This document shows positions 28,169 to 38,092 of a stretch of 64,000 nucleotides of DNA, piece by piece. The stretch is from positions 89,444-153,443 of the forward strand of contig CAZIDZ010000002.1 in NCBI GenBank assembly GCA_964538455.1, read 5' to 3'. Source of the stretch: an uncultured bacterium (GTDB lineage Bacteria > Electryoneota > Electryoneia > Electryoneales > Electryoneaceae). The first letter of the stretch is position 1. Each line of letters begins with the position of its first letter. The translations under genes were made by a program, and so were the position numbers. The notes beneath the pieces are model-generated. The model was not told where the DNA came from. It searched no databases and saw nothing but the letters and a program-made list of their open reading frames with translations.

Positions 28169-28331
28169 AGCGGTATGTTGGCGCGGCGGATTTCCTGTTC
28201 TCATTACCCGGCACAGTGTAAATGAGCTCCACGGGATTGTTCCGGGCGAAAACAGGAGAACGCGAGTCCCAAAGCCCCCGCGACCGTCCTATCTTTCCAC
28301 CTGAACGAACGGCTGGCAGGGGAGAGGTGAA

Positions 28332-29321
28332 ATGCGCATCGCGGTTGTCGGCAGCACGGGCCTGGTGGGCGGCAGGATTCTTGACCTGCTTTCGGATGCC
28401 GAATGGTCCGGTCATCAGATCGACGCGTTTGCGACCACTGCCAACGGGCGCACGGTGAACCTCGGGGAGCGAACTCTTCCCGTGCAGACGACACCGGATG
28501 ATGCTCCCGAGGCGGATTTCGCTTTTCTTGCCGTCCCCAACAACACCGCAAGGCGGATTGTCCCTATCTGGACGAAGGCCGGTGTGCGGATCATCGACAA
28601 ATCCAGCGCCTACCGTATGGATCCTGGAGTTCCCCTCATCGTTCCCGAGATCAACGGCCATCTGATCACGCGCGACACAACATTGATCGCCAATCCGAAC
28701 TGCTCGACCATTCAACTGGCCATCGCTGTCGAGCCGCTGCGCAAAGCGTTCGGACTGGAGCGGGTGCGGGTTGCGACCTACCAGGCTGTCAGCGGGGCGG
28801 GTTCGGAGGCGGTGAACGCCTGGCGTGAGGAAGTCGGCGGTACAGCACCGGAAAAAAGTCCGTTTCCGCAGGCGATCCATGGGAACGTCATCCCGGCCAT
28901 CGGCGCGGTTGATGACGACGGCTGGTACACGGAAGAGCGGAAGGTGATGCAGGAGCTGCCAAAGATTCTCGGACAGAATGATTTGAAGGTCAGTTGCACG
29001 GCTGTTCGGGTTCCAGTGGAAATCGGGCACAGCGAAGCGGTGGAGGCGACCCTCGGCCGCGATGTGAAACTGGATGAGGCGTTCGATGTTCTGGCGGCTG
29101 CGCCGGGAGTTTCCCTGAGCCGCGATCCCGCGACCGGCGCGACCCCGTTGCAGGCTGCAAACCGTGATGAGGTGTTTATCGGACGTGTGCGGCTCGACCC
29201 CCATGACCCTCGCACCGTTCACCTTTGGGTGGTCACGGACAATCTGCGCAAGGGCGCGGCAACGAACGCCATCCAGATTCTCAGACAGTGGATCAAGACG
29301 ATGGAAACGGTTGATAACTGA
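28332..29321 (+). CDS. asd: Aspartate-semialdehyde dehydrogenase
   Basis: VGSTGLVG, SSAYRM, IANPNCST, YQAVSGAG, RVPV..GHS, DNLRKGAATNA. Confidence 0.95.
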   Translation: MRIAVVGSTGLVGGRILDLLSDAEWSGHQIDAFATTANGRTVNLGERTLPVQTTPDDAPEADFAFLAVPNNTARRIVPIWTKAGVRIIDKSSAYRMDPGVPLIVPEINGHLITRDTTLIANPNCSTIQLAIAVEPLRKAFGLERVRVATYQAVSGAGSEAVNAWREEVGGTAPEKSPFPQAIHGNVIPAIGAVDDDGWYTEERKVMQELPKILGQNDLKVSCTAVRVPVEIGHSEAVEATLGRDVKLDEAFDVLAAAPGVSLSRDPATGATPLQAANRDEVFIGRVRLDPHDPRTVHLWVVTDNLRKGAATNAIQILRQWIKTMETVDN

Positions 29322-29346
29322 CGATTAGATACCGGGGAGAATCGTC

Positions 29347-31344
29347 GTGAGAGTGCGCGAAATTGCTTCCGCGGTCGTCCTGCTTTTTTGCACCGTTCAG
29401 GCGCCCGGAGCGGCGGAGACGGTCGCGGTTCTCGATCTGGAAGCGACCGGGGAACTTGCTGCGCAGTATGAACGGCCGCTCTCGGATCGGCTCCGCAGCG
29501 AGATGGTCAAAACGGGTCAATTTGACGTGTTCGAACGAAACCGCATGATGGACATCCTGTCGGAACAGGGCTTCCAGCTGAGTGGTTGTACGAGCACGGA
29601 ATGTGCAGTAGAAGCAGGCCGTCTGCTCGGTGTCATGAAAATATTCGCGGGTTCGGTGGCGAAGGTCGGCGACGTGTATACGGTCAATGTGCGAAAAATT
29701 GATGTAGAGACCGGGAAAATCGATAGCACATGGTCACTCGACTGCAGATGCGAAATCGAAGAGCTGCTTACTGACAGAATCGCCGAAATCGCCGGGGACA
29801 TCGCTGGTGTTCAAATGCCCTCCACGCCAAGTGAAGCCGACACGACGAAAGCGGAGTACGGCAAACCCTGGACGGGTGAGGTGCAGGCCGCGGGAACGGA
29901 AGAGACGGTTTGGACCGGCGGTTTGATCCGCTCGGAGAAAAAAACACTTTTCATTTTTCCAACTCTTTATGAGTCCGGAGTTAAGGATCTCAAGAATGAG
30001 GACCGCGACTGGGCGCACAAGCAGTTTTTTGAGACCTTTGTCAGCACTTTCGAACGGTTCGACTTCGTCGAAATGAGGGGCGAAGCGAACCTCGACAGCT
30101 TCCTCGCTAACGCGGACCAGTACATGGCCGATCACGCCCGCGAATTTGTGCAGAAGCGAAAAGAGCCCGACGGCCGCATCGGTGAGGCAAGGGTAACTCT
30201 CGATGATCTCATCAAAGCGGTCAAGAACGGCTTTGTCTTTGTCCCGGTGTTCGACGAGATCAAGATCGAGAAGCCGAAGAAGGACTCTCCCAATTACTCC
30301 ACCTCGATGCACATCGACATCTGGCGAACCTCGACGCGCGAAAAGATCGGCAGCGTCTCCGCCAGCGGCAAGGGAATCGGTGCGCTTGTCGGCGCGTTCA
30401 AACAATTGATGGTGGGGAACGTGGCGGGCAAAGACGACCTGCAGCAGGATCTTCACAACAAGATCGACGGGATGTACGAGGTGATGAAGAACAAGATCCA
30501 GAATATGGATGAATTCAGCCTCAAATCGATCGCATTTGACACGGGATTCAGCGGTTTCAGCATAGATCTAGGGAAAGATTTCGGGGTGCGCATGGACCGG
30601 CAGTACAAGGTCTGGTCGCTGAACGACGAAGGCATGCCCTACAAAGCGGAAGGGTGGGGCAAAGTCCGAAACGTCGAGCAGGACCGGAGCCGCATCCAGT
30701 TGCTAATTGGCAGTGTCGGTGAAGGCGATCAGGTGATCGAGTATTCGAAACTCGGTCTCCATCTCAGCGGTCAGGTGGGGATCACACCCTTCAAGCTCCA
30801 GGGATTCGACGAAATGAGGGGCCTGATTAAGATCAACGTGCTCGATCAGAACATCGTCTTTGCGCTTCCCAGCGACGCCTCCGGCGACCGCGCAATTTTT
30901 GGCCTTACCGCTGAATACGACATCGCCTGGATCATCGATATTCCTGAGCTATATCTCGTCGCCGAAGGCGGGTGGATTCCGGTGACCGGGATGACGGCGG
31001 CGCAGGCTACGATGGGGATCCGTAAAAAAATGTTTTTCCGCCGCCTTGGGGTGTGGGGCACGGTAAAGGCCGGCGCGATCGACATCGAGTTCATCGACAC
31101 AGATGTCTTTGACAATCCGACGGTCAAGGAGGGACCTGACGCCCGGGTCTATGGCGCCGGGGTGGATGTCGGCGGGGAAGTCCTGCTGACGCCGGACTGG
31201 TCGTTCCGCGGGCAAATCGGCTTCACAGGCTTTCCAAAACAGGTGGTCCTGATTGTATATGATACCAGTGACGGGAAATGGAAGCAGGCGACGATTTCAA
31301 GCGCGGGCGTGACCTTCTCGTTCACGCTCGGGTATACGTTCTGA
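29347..31344 (+). CDS. Exported protein: CsgG/TolB-N-like domain + unknown middle region + C-terminal beta-barrel-like region
   Basis: Signal peptide; same EQGFQLSGCTSTECAVEAGRLLG domain as 4710-6623; ends FSFTLGYTF (outer-membrane beta-signal). Confidence 0.7.
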   Translation: MRVREIASAVVLLFCTVQAPGAAETVAVLDLEATGELAAQYERPLSDRLRSEMVKTGQFDVFERNRMMDILSEQGFQLSGCTSTECAVEAGRLLGVMKIFAGSVAKVGDVYTVNVRKIDVETGKIDSTWSLDCRCEIEELLTDRIAEIAGDIAGVQMPSTPSEADTTKAEYGKPWTGEVQAAGTEETVWTGGLIRSEKKTLFIFPTLYESGVKDLKNEDRDWAHKQFFETFVSTFERFDFVEMRGEANLDSFLANADQYMADHAREFVQKRKEPDGRIGEARVTLDDLIKAVKNGFVFVPVFDEIKIEKPKKDSPNYSTSMHIDIWRTSTREKIGSVSASGKGIGALVGAFKQLMVGNVAGKDDLQQDLHNKIDGMYEVMKNKIQNMDEFSLKSIAFDTGFSGFSIDLGKDFGVRMDRQYKVWSLNDEGMPYKAEGWGKVRNVEQDRSRIQLLIGSVGEGDQVIEYSKLGLHLSGQVGITPFKLQGFDEMRGLIKINVLDQNIVFALPSDASGDRAIFGLTAEYDIAWIIDIPELYLVAEGGWIPVTGMTAAQATMGIRKKMFFRRLGVWGTVKAGAIDIEFIDTDVFDNPTVKEGPDARVYGAGVDVGGEVLLTPDWSFRGQIGFTGFPKQVVLIVYDTSDGKWKQATISSAGVTFSFTLGYTF

Positions 31345-31498
31345 ATTAAAAAGGGGACACGTACCTTTTAATTCCTTATCGCTCCATTCTATTCTTTCGG
31401 AGTTATCATGAATTAAAAGGTACGTGTCCCCTTTTAATTCCCTTTGCTGGGACAGTATGCTCACAATGCAAAAGACCACATTGTGAGCATACTGTCCC
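31343..31498. repeat. Cluster of REP-like palindromes between convergent genes
   Basis: GAATTAAAAAGGGGACACGTACCTTTTAATTC (31343-31374) and its inverted copy (31410-31440), then a perfect 20-bp inverted repeat GGGACAGTATGCTCACAATG (31449-31468 / 31479-31498). Confidence 0.85.
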
Positions 31499-31573
31499 TG
31501 TTCAGTTTAAAGGGGTGTCGTAGAGCGTGCGCAGCCACTGGGTGGCCCGATTTGCTTGCAAATCGGGTTTCTC

Positions 31574-34210
31574 TTACGCGTCGCCTTTGAACGTTTTATC
31601 GTAGAGCGTCCGCAGCGTGGCGGAGATCTCCTGCCAGCGCTGCGCGATCTCTTCGACCGCCGTTCCGGCGGCGTAGGCGAACCGCTCCGCATCTTTCCCC
31701 TCGAGAGGGATATCTCCGCGCCGCCCGATCCGGGTGAACAGTTGAATCAGCTCCCAGCGACGCAGGTCGCGGTAGGCGGAGACGACCTTTTTCCAGGTTT
31801 CCTCTTTCCGACCTTTCGCCAGGCTTTCGAGGCGGTCCGGGATCGGAAGCTGCCACCACTCGCCCGGGCCGATCCCGTTCCGCCACCCCGCCATCGTCGT
31901 CGCGAACTCGGCGTCCATCATCCCGCCCCGAGCCTTTTTAATTCGCACGAGCCCGGGACGCGGCCGGGACTCATCGATGGTTTTTCTACGGACACGGTCC
32001 AGTTGGTTCCATCCCTCTTCTGTGGCCGGCGGGGTCGTCGTGAACGCCTGCAGAATGCTGATCGCTTCCTCACCGGCCTTTTCGTCACCGGCGACATACC
32101 GTGCGCGTACGAGCGCCATCTTTTCCCAGGACTGCGCCCGGCCCGAGTTCAAGTATTCCGAAAGCCGCGAGATCGTCACGACCATCGGCGCGCCGGACCC
32201 CTCCGGGCGCAGGCGGGCATCGGGCAGCAGCCGTCCTTTCAGCTCCAGTTTCTTGAGGACCTCCATGCCGTGTTTGACCGTTTCGGCGACTTCGTCGGGG
32301 GACCCGTCGCGGCAGACGAGCATCAGGTCCAGGTCCGCGTCGGGGGCGAGTTCGCCGCCGCCCCATTTTCCCAAGGCGATCAGCGCGGCGGGACAGGGGC
32401 AGGTGCGCAACGATTCTCCGATGGAGAGCTGTGAAACGTAATCCACCGCGGCGCTCCAGCGGGAGGTCAGGGCGTCCGCAGCCAGATCGTTTGCCAGAAA
32501 GCGTTCGCCGGTGTTAAAAAGGACGTCTCCCAGGTAATTGCCCACTTCGCCGAGCCCTGCGTCCGGTGCGATTAAGGGTTCCCATTCCGCCAATCCAATC
32601 CGTTCCCACAGGTAGGGCCGGGCGTTGGCTTCCTCGACGAGGCGGGGTGCAAGCTGCAGGAGCCGCGTGATCTCGCGCAGGAGTTTATTCTTTTCCCCGA
32701 ACGCCGCATGCCAGGCGTCCGGTCCGCCGAAGGCCGTCACGGCCGCCTCCAACCGCAGGAGCGTCTCCGCAACGTCGAACCGGGGCGAGAGCGATTCCTG
32801 GTCGAAAATCCGTGTTGCCGGCAGTCGAGGCGAGCTCAGGCGGCGGAGGGTCGCCGCGGACCTCGGGTCCTCGGCAATGACGGGTGCAAGGCCGTTGCTC
32901 GTCTCCTCGTCGAGCTGCGGGTCGAGCAGTTTGCCCGTGAAATGGCGCATCGCTTCATCGGTGGGCAGGATTTTCCCTGTGATCGTTGCCACCGCAGCCC
33001 GGTGGTCGTTCCACACCTGTTCAAATTCCTCCTGGGTGAGTGCAACCGCATGGGCGATACGTGCGTGCTCGCTTGTGTTCGGGAGCGGGACAACAAACCG
33101 GGGCCTGTCCTGTTCTGCCTGCAGGAGATGCTCGATCCTGCGTGCAAAACGATACCCTTCGGCGAGCCGTCCGGCATCGCGTTCGTGAAGCAGTCCCTCG
33201 TCCCGGAACCGGTCGAGCAGCTCGAATACGCTCCCGTGGCGCAGTTCCGGGAGAGTACGCCCGAAAGACAGTTGCAGCGCAGCAACGAGAAATTCAACGT
33301 CGCGGATGCCACCCGGACCTCTCTTGATGTCACGCGTCTTCGCGGAGCGCCGGACCGCCACCAGCGCCTGGGCCACCTCGTCCATGCGCCGCCTCGGGTC
33401 GGAACTCGAGCTGAAGAGAAATGCGTCGAGCAGCCCGTAAAACCATTCCGGCGGGCTGCCGGACACCGGGCGCGCACGCAGGTAGGCGATCCGTTCCCAC
33501 GCTGCAGCACGCTGAAAGAAATACCGCTCCGCTTCGGCGAAGGACGCGACGAGAGGACCGCTCTGACCTTCGGGGCGGAGCCGCAGGTCCACGGGGTAGA
33601 TCGTGCCCTCGGGGGATTCCATGATGCGGCGGGTCCAGGCGCGGACAAGGTTGTCGCCCTTTTCGCCGGCGTTTTCGGAGGTGCCGAAGAACACCGGGTC
33701 GATATCGCTGGAGACGTTCAGCTCGCGGCCTCCCCATTTCCCCAGCGCCAGCAGCAGCGGACTTTCCATGCCTTCGGGGAGTACGTCCTGCAAGGCGGAA
33801 ATGGCAACGGTGTCCGCGAGGCGGGCGAGGTGCTCGGCGGAGGTCACGAAGTCGTCGAGCCCCAACCGTTCCCGCAAAAGGATGCGCAGCCAGATCAGCC
33901 GTTTATACCGGGCGAGAGCGGGCAGGGGAGTGGGAGCTTCGAGAAACGGATCGGGCAGGCGGTTGATTGTCAGCAAGTCGGCGATCCATTCCGGGTGGCG
34001 GACAACCTCATCGACCGGAGCGTCCCCGAGCGAGAGCAGCGTCAACAGCGCTGTACGCGCGGAGTCATCTCCTTCGACGATCACGGGCCTCATTACCGGC
34101 CGCACTCGTTCGATCCGCTGCAATCGAAGCATCAGGGTGGGCGGATCGGGTGCGGTCGCAAGCTCGTCCTCGACGAGGGACCGTATCCTATCGGGTGCAA
34201 AACCCTCCAT
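31574..34210 (-). CDS. glnE: GlnE-like bifunctional glutamine synthetase adenylyltransferase/deadenylase
   Basis: Two nucleotidyltransferase domains: GKWGGRELNVSSDID...VDLRLRPEGQSG...WERIAYLRAR...KRGPGGIRDVEF and GKWGGGEL..DADLD...DARLRPEG...WEKMALVRAR...GGMMDAEF. Confidence 0.8.
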   Translation of the reverse strand: MEGFAPDRIRSLVEDELATAPDPPTLMLRLQRIERVRPVMRPVIVEGDDSARTALLTLLSLGDAPVDEVVRHPEWIADLLTINRLPDPFLEAPTPLPALARYKRLIWLRILLRERLGLDDFVTSAEHLARLADTVAISALQDVLPEGMESPLLLALGKWGGRELNVSSDIDPVFFGTSENAGEKGDNLVRAWTRRIMESPEGTIYPVDLRLRPEGQSGPLVASFAEAERYFFQRAAAWERIAYLRARPVSGSPPEWFYGLLDAFLFSSSSDPRRRMDEVAQALVAVRRSAKTRDIKRGPGGIRDVEFLVAALQLSFGRTLPELRHGSVFELLDRFRDEGLLHERDAGRLAEGYRFARRIEHLLQAEQDRPRFVVPLPNTSEHARIAHAVALTQEEFEQVWNDHRAAVATITGKILPTDEAMRHFTGKLLDPQLDEETSNGLAPVIAEDPRSAATLRRLSSPRLPATRIFDQESLSPRFDVAETLLRLEAAVTAFGGPDAWHAAFGEKNKLLREITRLLQLAPRLVEEANARPYLWERIGLAEWEPLIAPDAGLGEVGNYLGDVLFNTGERFLANDLAADALTSRWSAAVDYVSQLSIGESLRTCPCPAALIALGKWGGGELAPDADLDLMLVCRDGSPDEVAETVKHGMEVLKKLELKGRLLPDARLRPEGSGAPMVVTISRLSEYLNSGRAQSWEKMALVRARYVAGDEKAGEEAISILQAFTTTPPATEEGWNQLDRVRRKTIDESRPRPGLVRIKKARGGMMDAEFATTMAGWRNGIGPGEWWQLPIPDRLESLAKGRKEETWKKVVSAYRDLRRWELIQLFTRIGRRGDIPLEGKDAERFAYAAGTAVEEIAQRWQEISATLRTLYDKTFKGDA

Positions 34211-34217
34211 GCGCGGC

Positions 34218-34247
34218 AAGGTAGCCCGAGTCGGCGGCGGGCGGCAA
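34218..34247 (-). promoter_or_regulatory. sigma70-type promoter, leaderless start for glnE
   Basis: Minus strand TTGCCG-18 bp-TACCTT-7 nt-ATG. Confidence 0.5.
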
Positions 34248-34322
34248 CGTGAGACCCGGCTGGACTTGCAGGGAACTCGCTGCTCCCCTCTCGCTGGCGT
34301 TCGCCCGGCTTTCCGCCCGGCC

Positions 34323-34351
34323 TTGTCGGGGGGGACAGGCGTGCTTACTTT
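34323..34351 (+). promoter_or_regulatory. sigma70-type promoter for the STAS-PP2C-anti-sigma operon
   Basis: TTGTCG-17 bp-TACTTT. Confidence 0.45.
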
Positions 34352-34418
34352 AGCGAATCGTTCCACGGCTGCTTTTCCGGCCGTGGTAGGCAGGAGTCAA
34401 CCCCGAGGGAGATCAGGG

Positions 34419-34760
34419 ATGAAGCTCAAGTCGGAACGGCATGGTTCGGTAGTCGTCATCGAGTTGAAGGGGAAAATCATGGGTGGGCCGGACTCCGCGG
34501 TCTTCCGTGACGAACTCAAAAGCCACCTTGACAGCGGTGTGAAACGGGTGATTGTGGACCTCGGCAAGGTGGACTGGATGAACTCTTCAGGCCTCGGAAT
34601 CCTGATTGGTGGTCTTACAACGGTGAAAAACTCAGATGGCGAAATGAAACTCGCCCGCGTCACCGAGAAGATCAAATCGCTACTCATGATCACCAAGCTG
34701 GTCCAGGTGTTCGAATCCTACGACTCCGTGGAAGACGCCATCGCATCCTTTGCAGGATAG
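34419..34760 (+). CDS. STAS-domain anti-sigma factor antagonist (RsbV/SpoIIAA-like)
   Basis: VDLGKVDWMNSSGLGIL phosphoacceptor motif; C-terminal part of ORF 33603-34760. Confidence 0.92.
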   Translation: MKLKSERHGSVVVIELKGKIMGGPDSAVFRDELKSHLDSGVKRVIVDLGKVDWMNSSGLGILIGGLTTVKNSDGEMKLARVTEKIKSLLMITKLVQVFESYDSVEDAIASFAG

Positions 34761-34808
34761 TAAAGGAGGCGCGCCCGCGCACTCCGCTCCAACCTTTGGG
34801 GACAACGG

Positions 34809-36224
34809 GTGAAAGCGACGTTTGTTCAGGAGATTGACCGCGCACTCGCATCCCTGCGGAAATTCCAGGAGTCGCTGGAGAAGGGTTCACAGGAGGGGGG
34901 AGGCCGGGCGCAAGTGCTTGAAATTGCCGGGCAACTCCCTAAAGTGGAGCAATTACTGGCACAAATCCTGCAAGGTTTGTCATTTCAGACGGAATTCGAT
35001 CTTCTCCGTGACACCGCGCTGCTGCTTGCCAGGGCGGTGGACGAGGATCAGGTGTTATCGGCGATCCTTGAGGGGCTCAAAAATGCAATCCCCTACGAGG
35101 CCGCCGGGATCTTTCTCATTCGAGACGACCCCGAACGGGGCGGCGCGGTCATCCGGGCCCAGAAGATTCTCGGATACCCCAAGGAGCTGCTCGCGTATGA
35201 CAAGTTCCGCCAGAAGGTAGACGAGGGTATTCTGGGGTGGGTAATCCGGAACGCCCGGGCCGAGCTCGTGGACAACGTGCTGGAGGATCCGCGGTACATC
35301 ATGGCCCGGCCCGAGACCCGCAGTGAGATCGCCGCACCGATCATCAGCAAGGGAGTGGTGATCGGCTGCATCAATCTTGAGGCCGACCGTGTTGGGGCCT
35401 TTCGGCCGGACAGCCTGCGGCTGCTTGAGAACCTGGCCAGTTATGCCGCGGTGGCGCTGGATCGAGCGCAAATCCACCGGGAACTGATCCAGGCGCGCGA
35501 ATTCGAGCGGGAGCTCGAGATCGCGAGGCAGATTCAATTGAATCTGCTGCCGCGAGGCGCCCCCCGCTTCGAGGGGTACGATATCGCGGGACTAAACGTG
35601 CCCTCACTGGCCATCGGAGGCGATTACTATGACTTCATCCGGATCGGGAGCGAGGATCTCGGGCTGGTGGTCGCGGACGTGGCGGGCAAGGGGGTGGCAG
35701 CCGGACTCGTGATGTCCGGGTTGCGGGCGGCGTTGCGGGCGCGAGTGGAAACGATCTATGCAATCAAGAAGGTGCTTGCGGACATCAATCAATTTCTTTG
35801 CGAATCCACAGGCGCCGACCGGTTTGTCACCGCCGCCTACGGAGTTTTGCATGGTCCTTCGGGACGGTTCACCTATGTCAACGCTGGTCATAACCCGTCG
35901 TTCCTGTTGCACCCGAACGGGCAGGAGGAATGGTTGAAAACGGGCGGTCCGCTGCTCGGCGTGATGACCGAGGCACGTTTTGAGCAAGGCTTTGTGGATC
36001 TGCCTCATGGGTGTATCCTGGTGATGTACACCGACGGGATTGTCGAAGCTGGAGGAGATGTCGCAGAGGAGTATGGCGGGGAGCGAATGGCCCGCCTGGT
36101 CCGAACCCTACGCGGTGAAAGCGCGAGGGCGATTGCGCGTGCCATCGAACGGGAAGCGGTGGCTTTCAATGGGGGCCGGGGTGAACTCGACGACCGAACG
36201 GTCATCGTGGTGAAGCGCTCATGA
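34809..36224 (+). CDS. GAF + PP2C (SpoIIE/RsbU-type) serine phosphatase
   Basis: GAF (DPRY..RSEIAAP); IGGDYYD, DVAGKG, NAGH, YTDG, DDRT. Confidence 0.9.
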   Translation: MKATFVQEIDRALASLRKFQESLEKGSQEGGGRAQVLEIAGQLPKVEQLLAQILQGLSFQTEFDLLRDTALLLARAVDEDQVLSAILEGLKNAIPYEAAGIFLIRDDPERGGAVIRAQKILGYPKELLAYDKFRQKVDEGILGWVIRNARAELVDNVLEDPRYIMARPETRSEIAAPIISKGVVIGCINLEADRVGAFRPDSLRLLENLASYAAVALDRAQIHRELIQAREFERELEIARQIQLNLLPRGAPRFEGYDIAGLNVPSLAIGGDYYDFIRIGSEDLGLVVADVAGKGVAAGLVMSGLRAALRARVETIYAIKKVLADINQFLCESTGADRFVTAAYGVLHGPSGRFTYVNAGHNPSFLLHPNGQEEWLKTGGPLLGVMTEARFEQGFVDLPHGCILVMYTDGIVEAGGDVAEEYGGERMARLVRTLRGESARAIARAIEREAVAFNGGRGELDDRTVIVVKRS

Positions 36225-36646
36225 GCAAAATGCACAGATTCAAAATCCCCTCGAATCCCGAGAAAATCGTGGACGTGGACGCCTTTGCGGAAAAGCGCAT
36301 CGACCGGATGAAGTTTACCCGCGACCAGCGTGATGACATTGCCATCTCCATCTCGGAGGCGGTGAACAATGCCATCGTGCACGGCAATCGGGGCGATCCA
36401 TCCAAATCGGTGCGGATCGAGCTTGAGGAACTGGACGACGGCATCCGCATTCGCGTCCGCGACCAGGGTATGGGCTTCGATCCGAGCCAGGTCGCCGATC
36501 CCAGAGACCCGGAAAACCTGCTCGTGGAATCTGGCCGTGGATTGCTGATTATTCACCATCTGATGGACGAAGTCCATGTGATCCCGGAAAAAGGCGGCAC
36601 GCTGGTGGAGATGATCAAGCGGTTCAACAACAACGACGACGGGTGA
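36221..36646 (+). CDS. RsbW-like anti-sigma factor / serine kinase
   Basis: SEAVNNAIVHG, DQGMGFD, GRGL...LMDEV. Confidence 0.9.
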   Translation: MSKMHRFKIPSNPEKIVDVDAFAEKRIDRMKFTRDQRDDIAISISEAVNNAIVHGNRGDPSKSVRIELEELDDGIRIRVRDQGMGFDPSQVADPRDPENLLVESGRGLLIIHHLMDEVHVIPEKGGTLVEMIKRFNNNDDG

Positions 36647-36682
36647 AGGCACCACAAATAGCTTTTCTCGACTTGGAATTGT

Positions 36683-36734
36683 CGCAATCAGGGACAGTCC
36701 CTGTAAGGCTTCTTGGGGACTGTCCCTGATTGCG
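36683..36734. repeat. REP-like perfect 19-bp inverted repeat with GGGACAGTCCC core
   Basis: CGCAATCAGGGACAGTCCC / GGGACTGTCCCTGATTGCG. Confidence 0.85.
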
Positions 36735-36862
36735 TTTTACGTTGCACAGCCAGGTCTTTCCGCATCTGGCTGTCCTCTCGCAGACAGAGAGGGCGTCACA
36801 ACGAGAGATCCTTCGCTTCGCTCAAGATGGCGAATATGATTAACGTCTGCGATATAAAGGAG

Positions 36863-38092
36863 TTAGAAGATCACGCTGAGCAGCGCGCGGAGGGTCCAAT
36901 CGTGGGTCTGCCCGATCTCATCGTCACGCGTCTGGTTGGAGTAGCTGAGTTTCGTGTGGATGTGGCTGGAGAGGGACCAGCCGAAGGCGAAACTCCAGCG
37001 ATTGACGCCCGTGTCCCAGGTCGTGGGTGAGCCTTCTCCCTTCTTCCCCGGATCGTTCATCTTCAGCGGGCGCAGCATGTCCCACCGTCCTGCTACATAC
37101 CCTTGGTGCGCCTCGCTTACTGTCCATTTAACATCGACCCATCCCGTAATCAGCGCGGGAACCGTCCCGGCGGGAGTGGTTCCGCCCGGCCCTACGGGGA
37201 CAAACGCCGTGTCCGCATACCGTGGAGCGCTCCATTTGCTACCGATCGCCTCCCAGACGATTTCGATTGGCTTCAGGGTGTAGCGTGCGTCAAGGCCGAC
37301 CAGGGTCTGGCGGTATTTGGCGGGGTTACCGAGCAACGGTTCGAGCGCCGGGTCCTGGTTCATCCAGGAGCCCCAGGCGGCGGAGAAACGGTGGGTGACA
37401 CGGTCCGACAGGTGCCACGCGAGAATCGCCGTGGCGGCATAACTGAACTGGGTCGTCCACTCCCGCTCGGCGCTGGGCGTTGCGTCAGTCAGTGCGAGCG
37501 TAAAATCCCAGGCCCCGGGCGTCAGCACCCAGTCCGCGCGAATCCCCGTGGACAACCCCTGGTAGCCAAGAGTTGTCACCCCCACGTCATCACCGGGATA
37601 GGAACCGCTGTCGCCCGCCGCGGGCCAGAATCCCCGGGTTTCCGAAAGGTTCAAGAACCAGGAGTAGGCGAGCGGTTTTGTCAGGAAGGTTCGCTGAAAT
37701 GGATAGATCTTTTCGTGCTCCAATCCGAATGGAGTGATGATCCGTCCCAGGCTGAGGCGGAAAAGACCGGGATCAGGGGTGTAATTGAACGAAGCAAACC
37801 CGAGCTTCGGAGCGTGGAGGCGTCCATCGCCCCAGGAATCCGTGCGCAAGTCCGCCTCGACGGAAAAGAATTCCTCCACCGGGACGAAAGCCACGAGGTG
37901 AAATTCCTGAAGTACAAAATGGCCATGGTAGAAGGTGTTCGGCATTTCGGTCGTGACAAAACGGGCATCGCGTCCGCCTCCGCCCGCCACAAGGTCAAAC
38001 GAACCGTTCAGGCTCACCTGTCCCGACGCCGCTTCGCTGAGTAGCAGAAGCAGAAAAAACGCGGCTGGACTTCGTGATAGACCTCGAGTCAC
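36863..38092 (-). CDS. Putative porin-like outer-membrane beta-barrel protein
   Basis: Signal peptide; alternating beta-strand pattern; LGRIITPFG motif; C-terminal Phe (LLSVIF). Confidence 0.7.
   Translation of the reverse strand: MTRGLSRSPAAFFLLLLLSEAASGQVSLNGSFDLVAGGGGRDARFVTTEMPNTFYHGHFVLQEFHLVAFVPVEEFFSVEADLRTDSWGDGRLHAPKLGFASFNYTPDPGLFRLSLGRIITPFGLEHEKIYPFQRTFLTKPLAYSWFLNLSETRGFWPAAGDSGSYPGDDVGVTTLGYQGLSTGIRADWVLTPGAWDFTLALTDATPSAEREWTTQFSYAATAILAWHLSDRVTHRFSAAWGSWMNQDPALEPLLGNPAKYRQTLVGLDARYTLKPIEIVWEAIGSKWSAPRYADTAFVPVGPGGTTPAGTVPALITGWVDVKWTVSEAHQGYVAGRWDMLRPLKMNDPGKKGEGSPTTWDTGVNRWSFAFGWSLSSHIHTKLSYSNQTRDDEIGQTHDWTLRALLSVIF

Noticed and set aside
31343-31440. Two ~31-bp repeats with a 35-bp spacer, superficially CRISPR-like
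   Set aside because: The copies are inverted rather than direct, there are only two, and no cas genes are present
33603-34418. Apparent long N-terminal extension on the STAS protein
   Set aside because: Antisense to glnE; the STAS start at 34419 has an RBS and an upstream promoter
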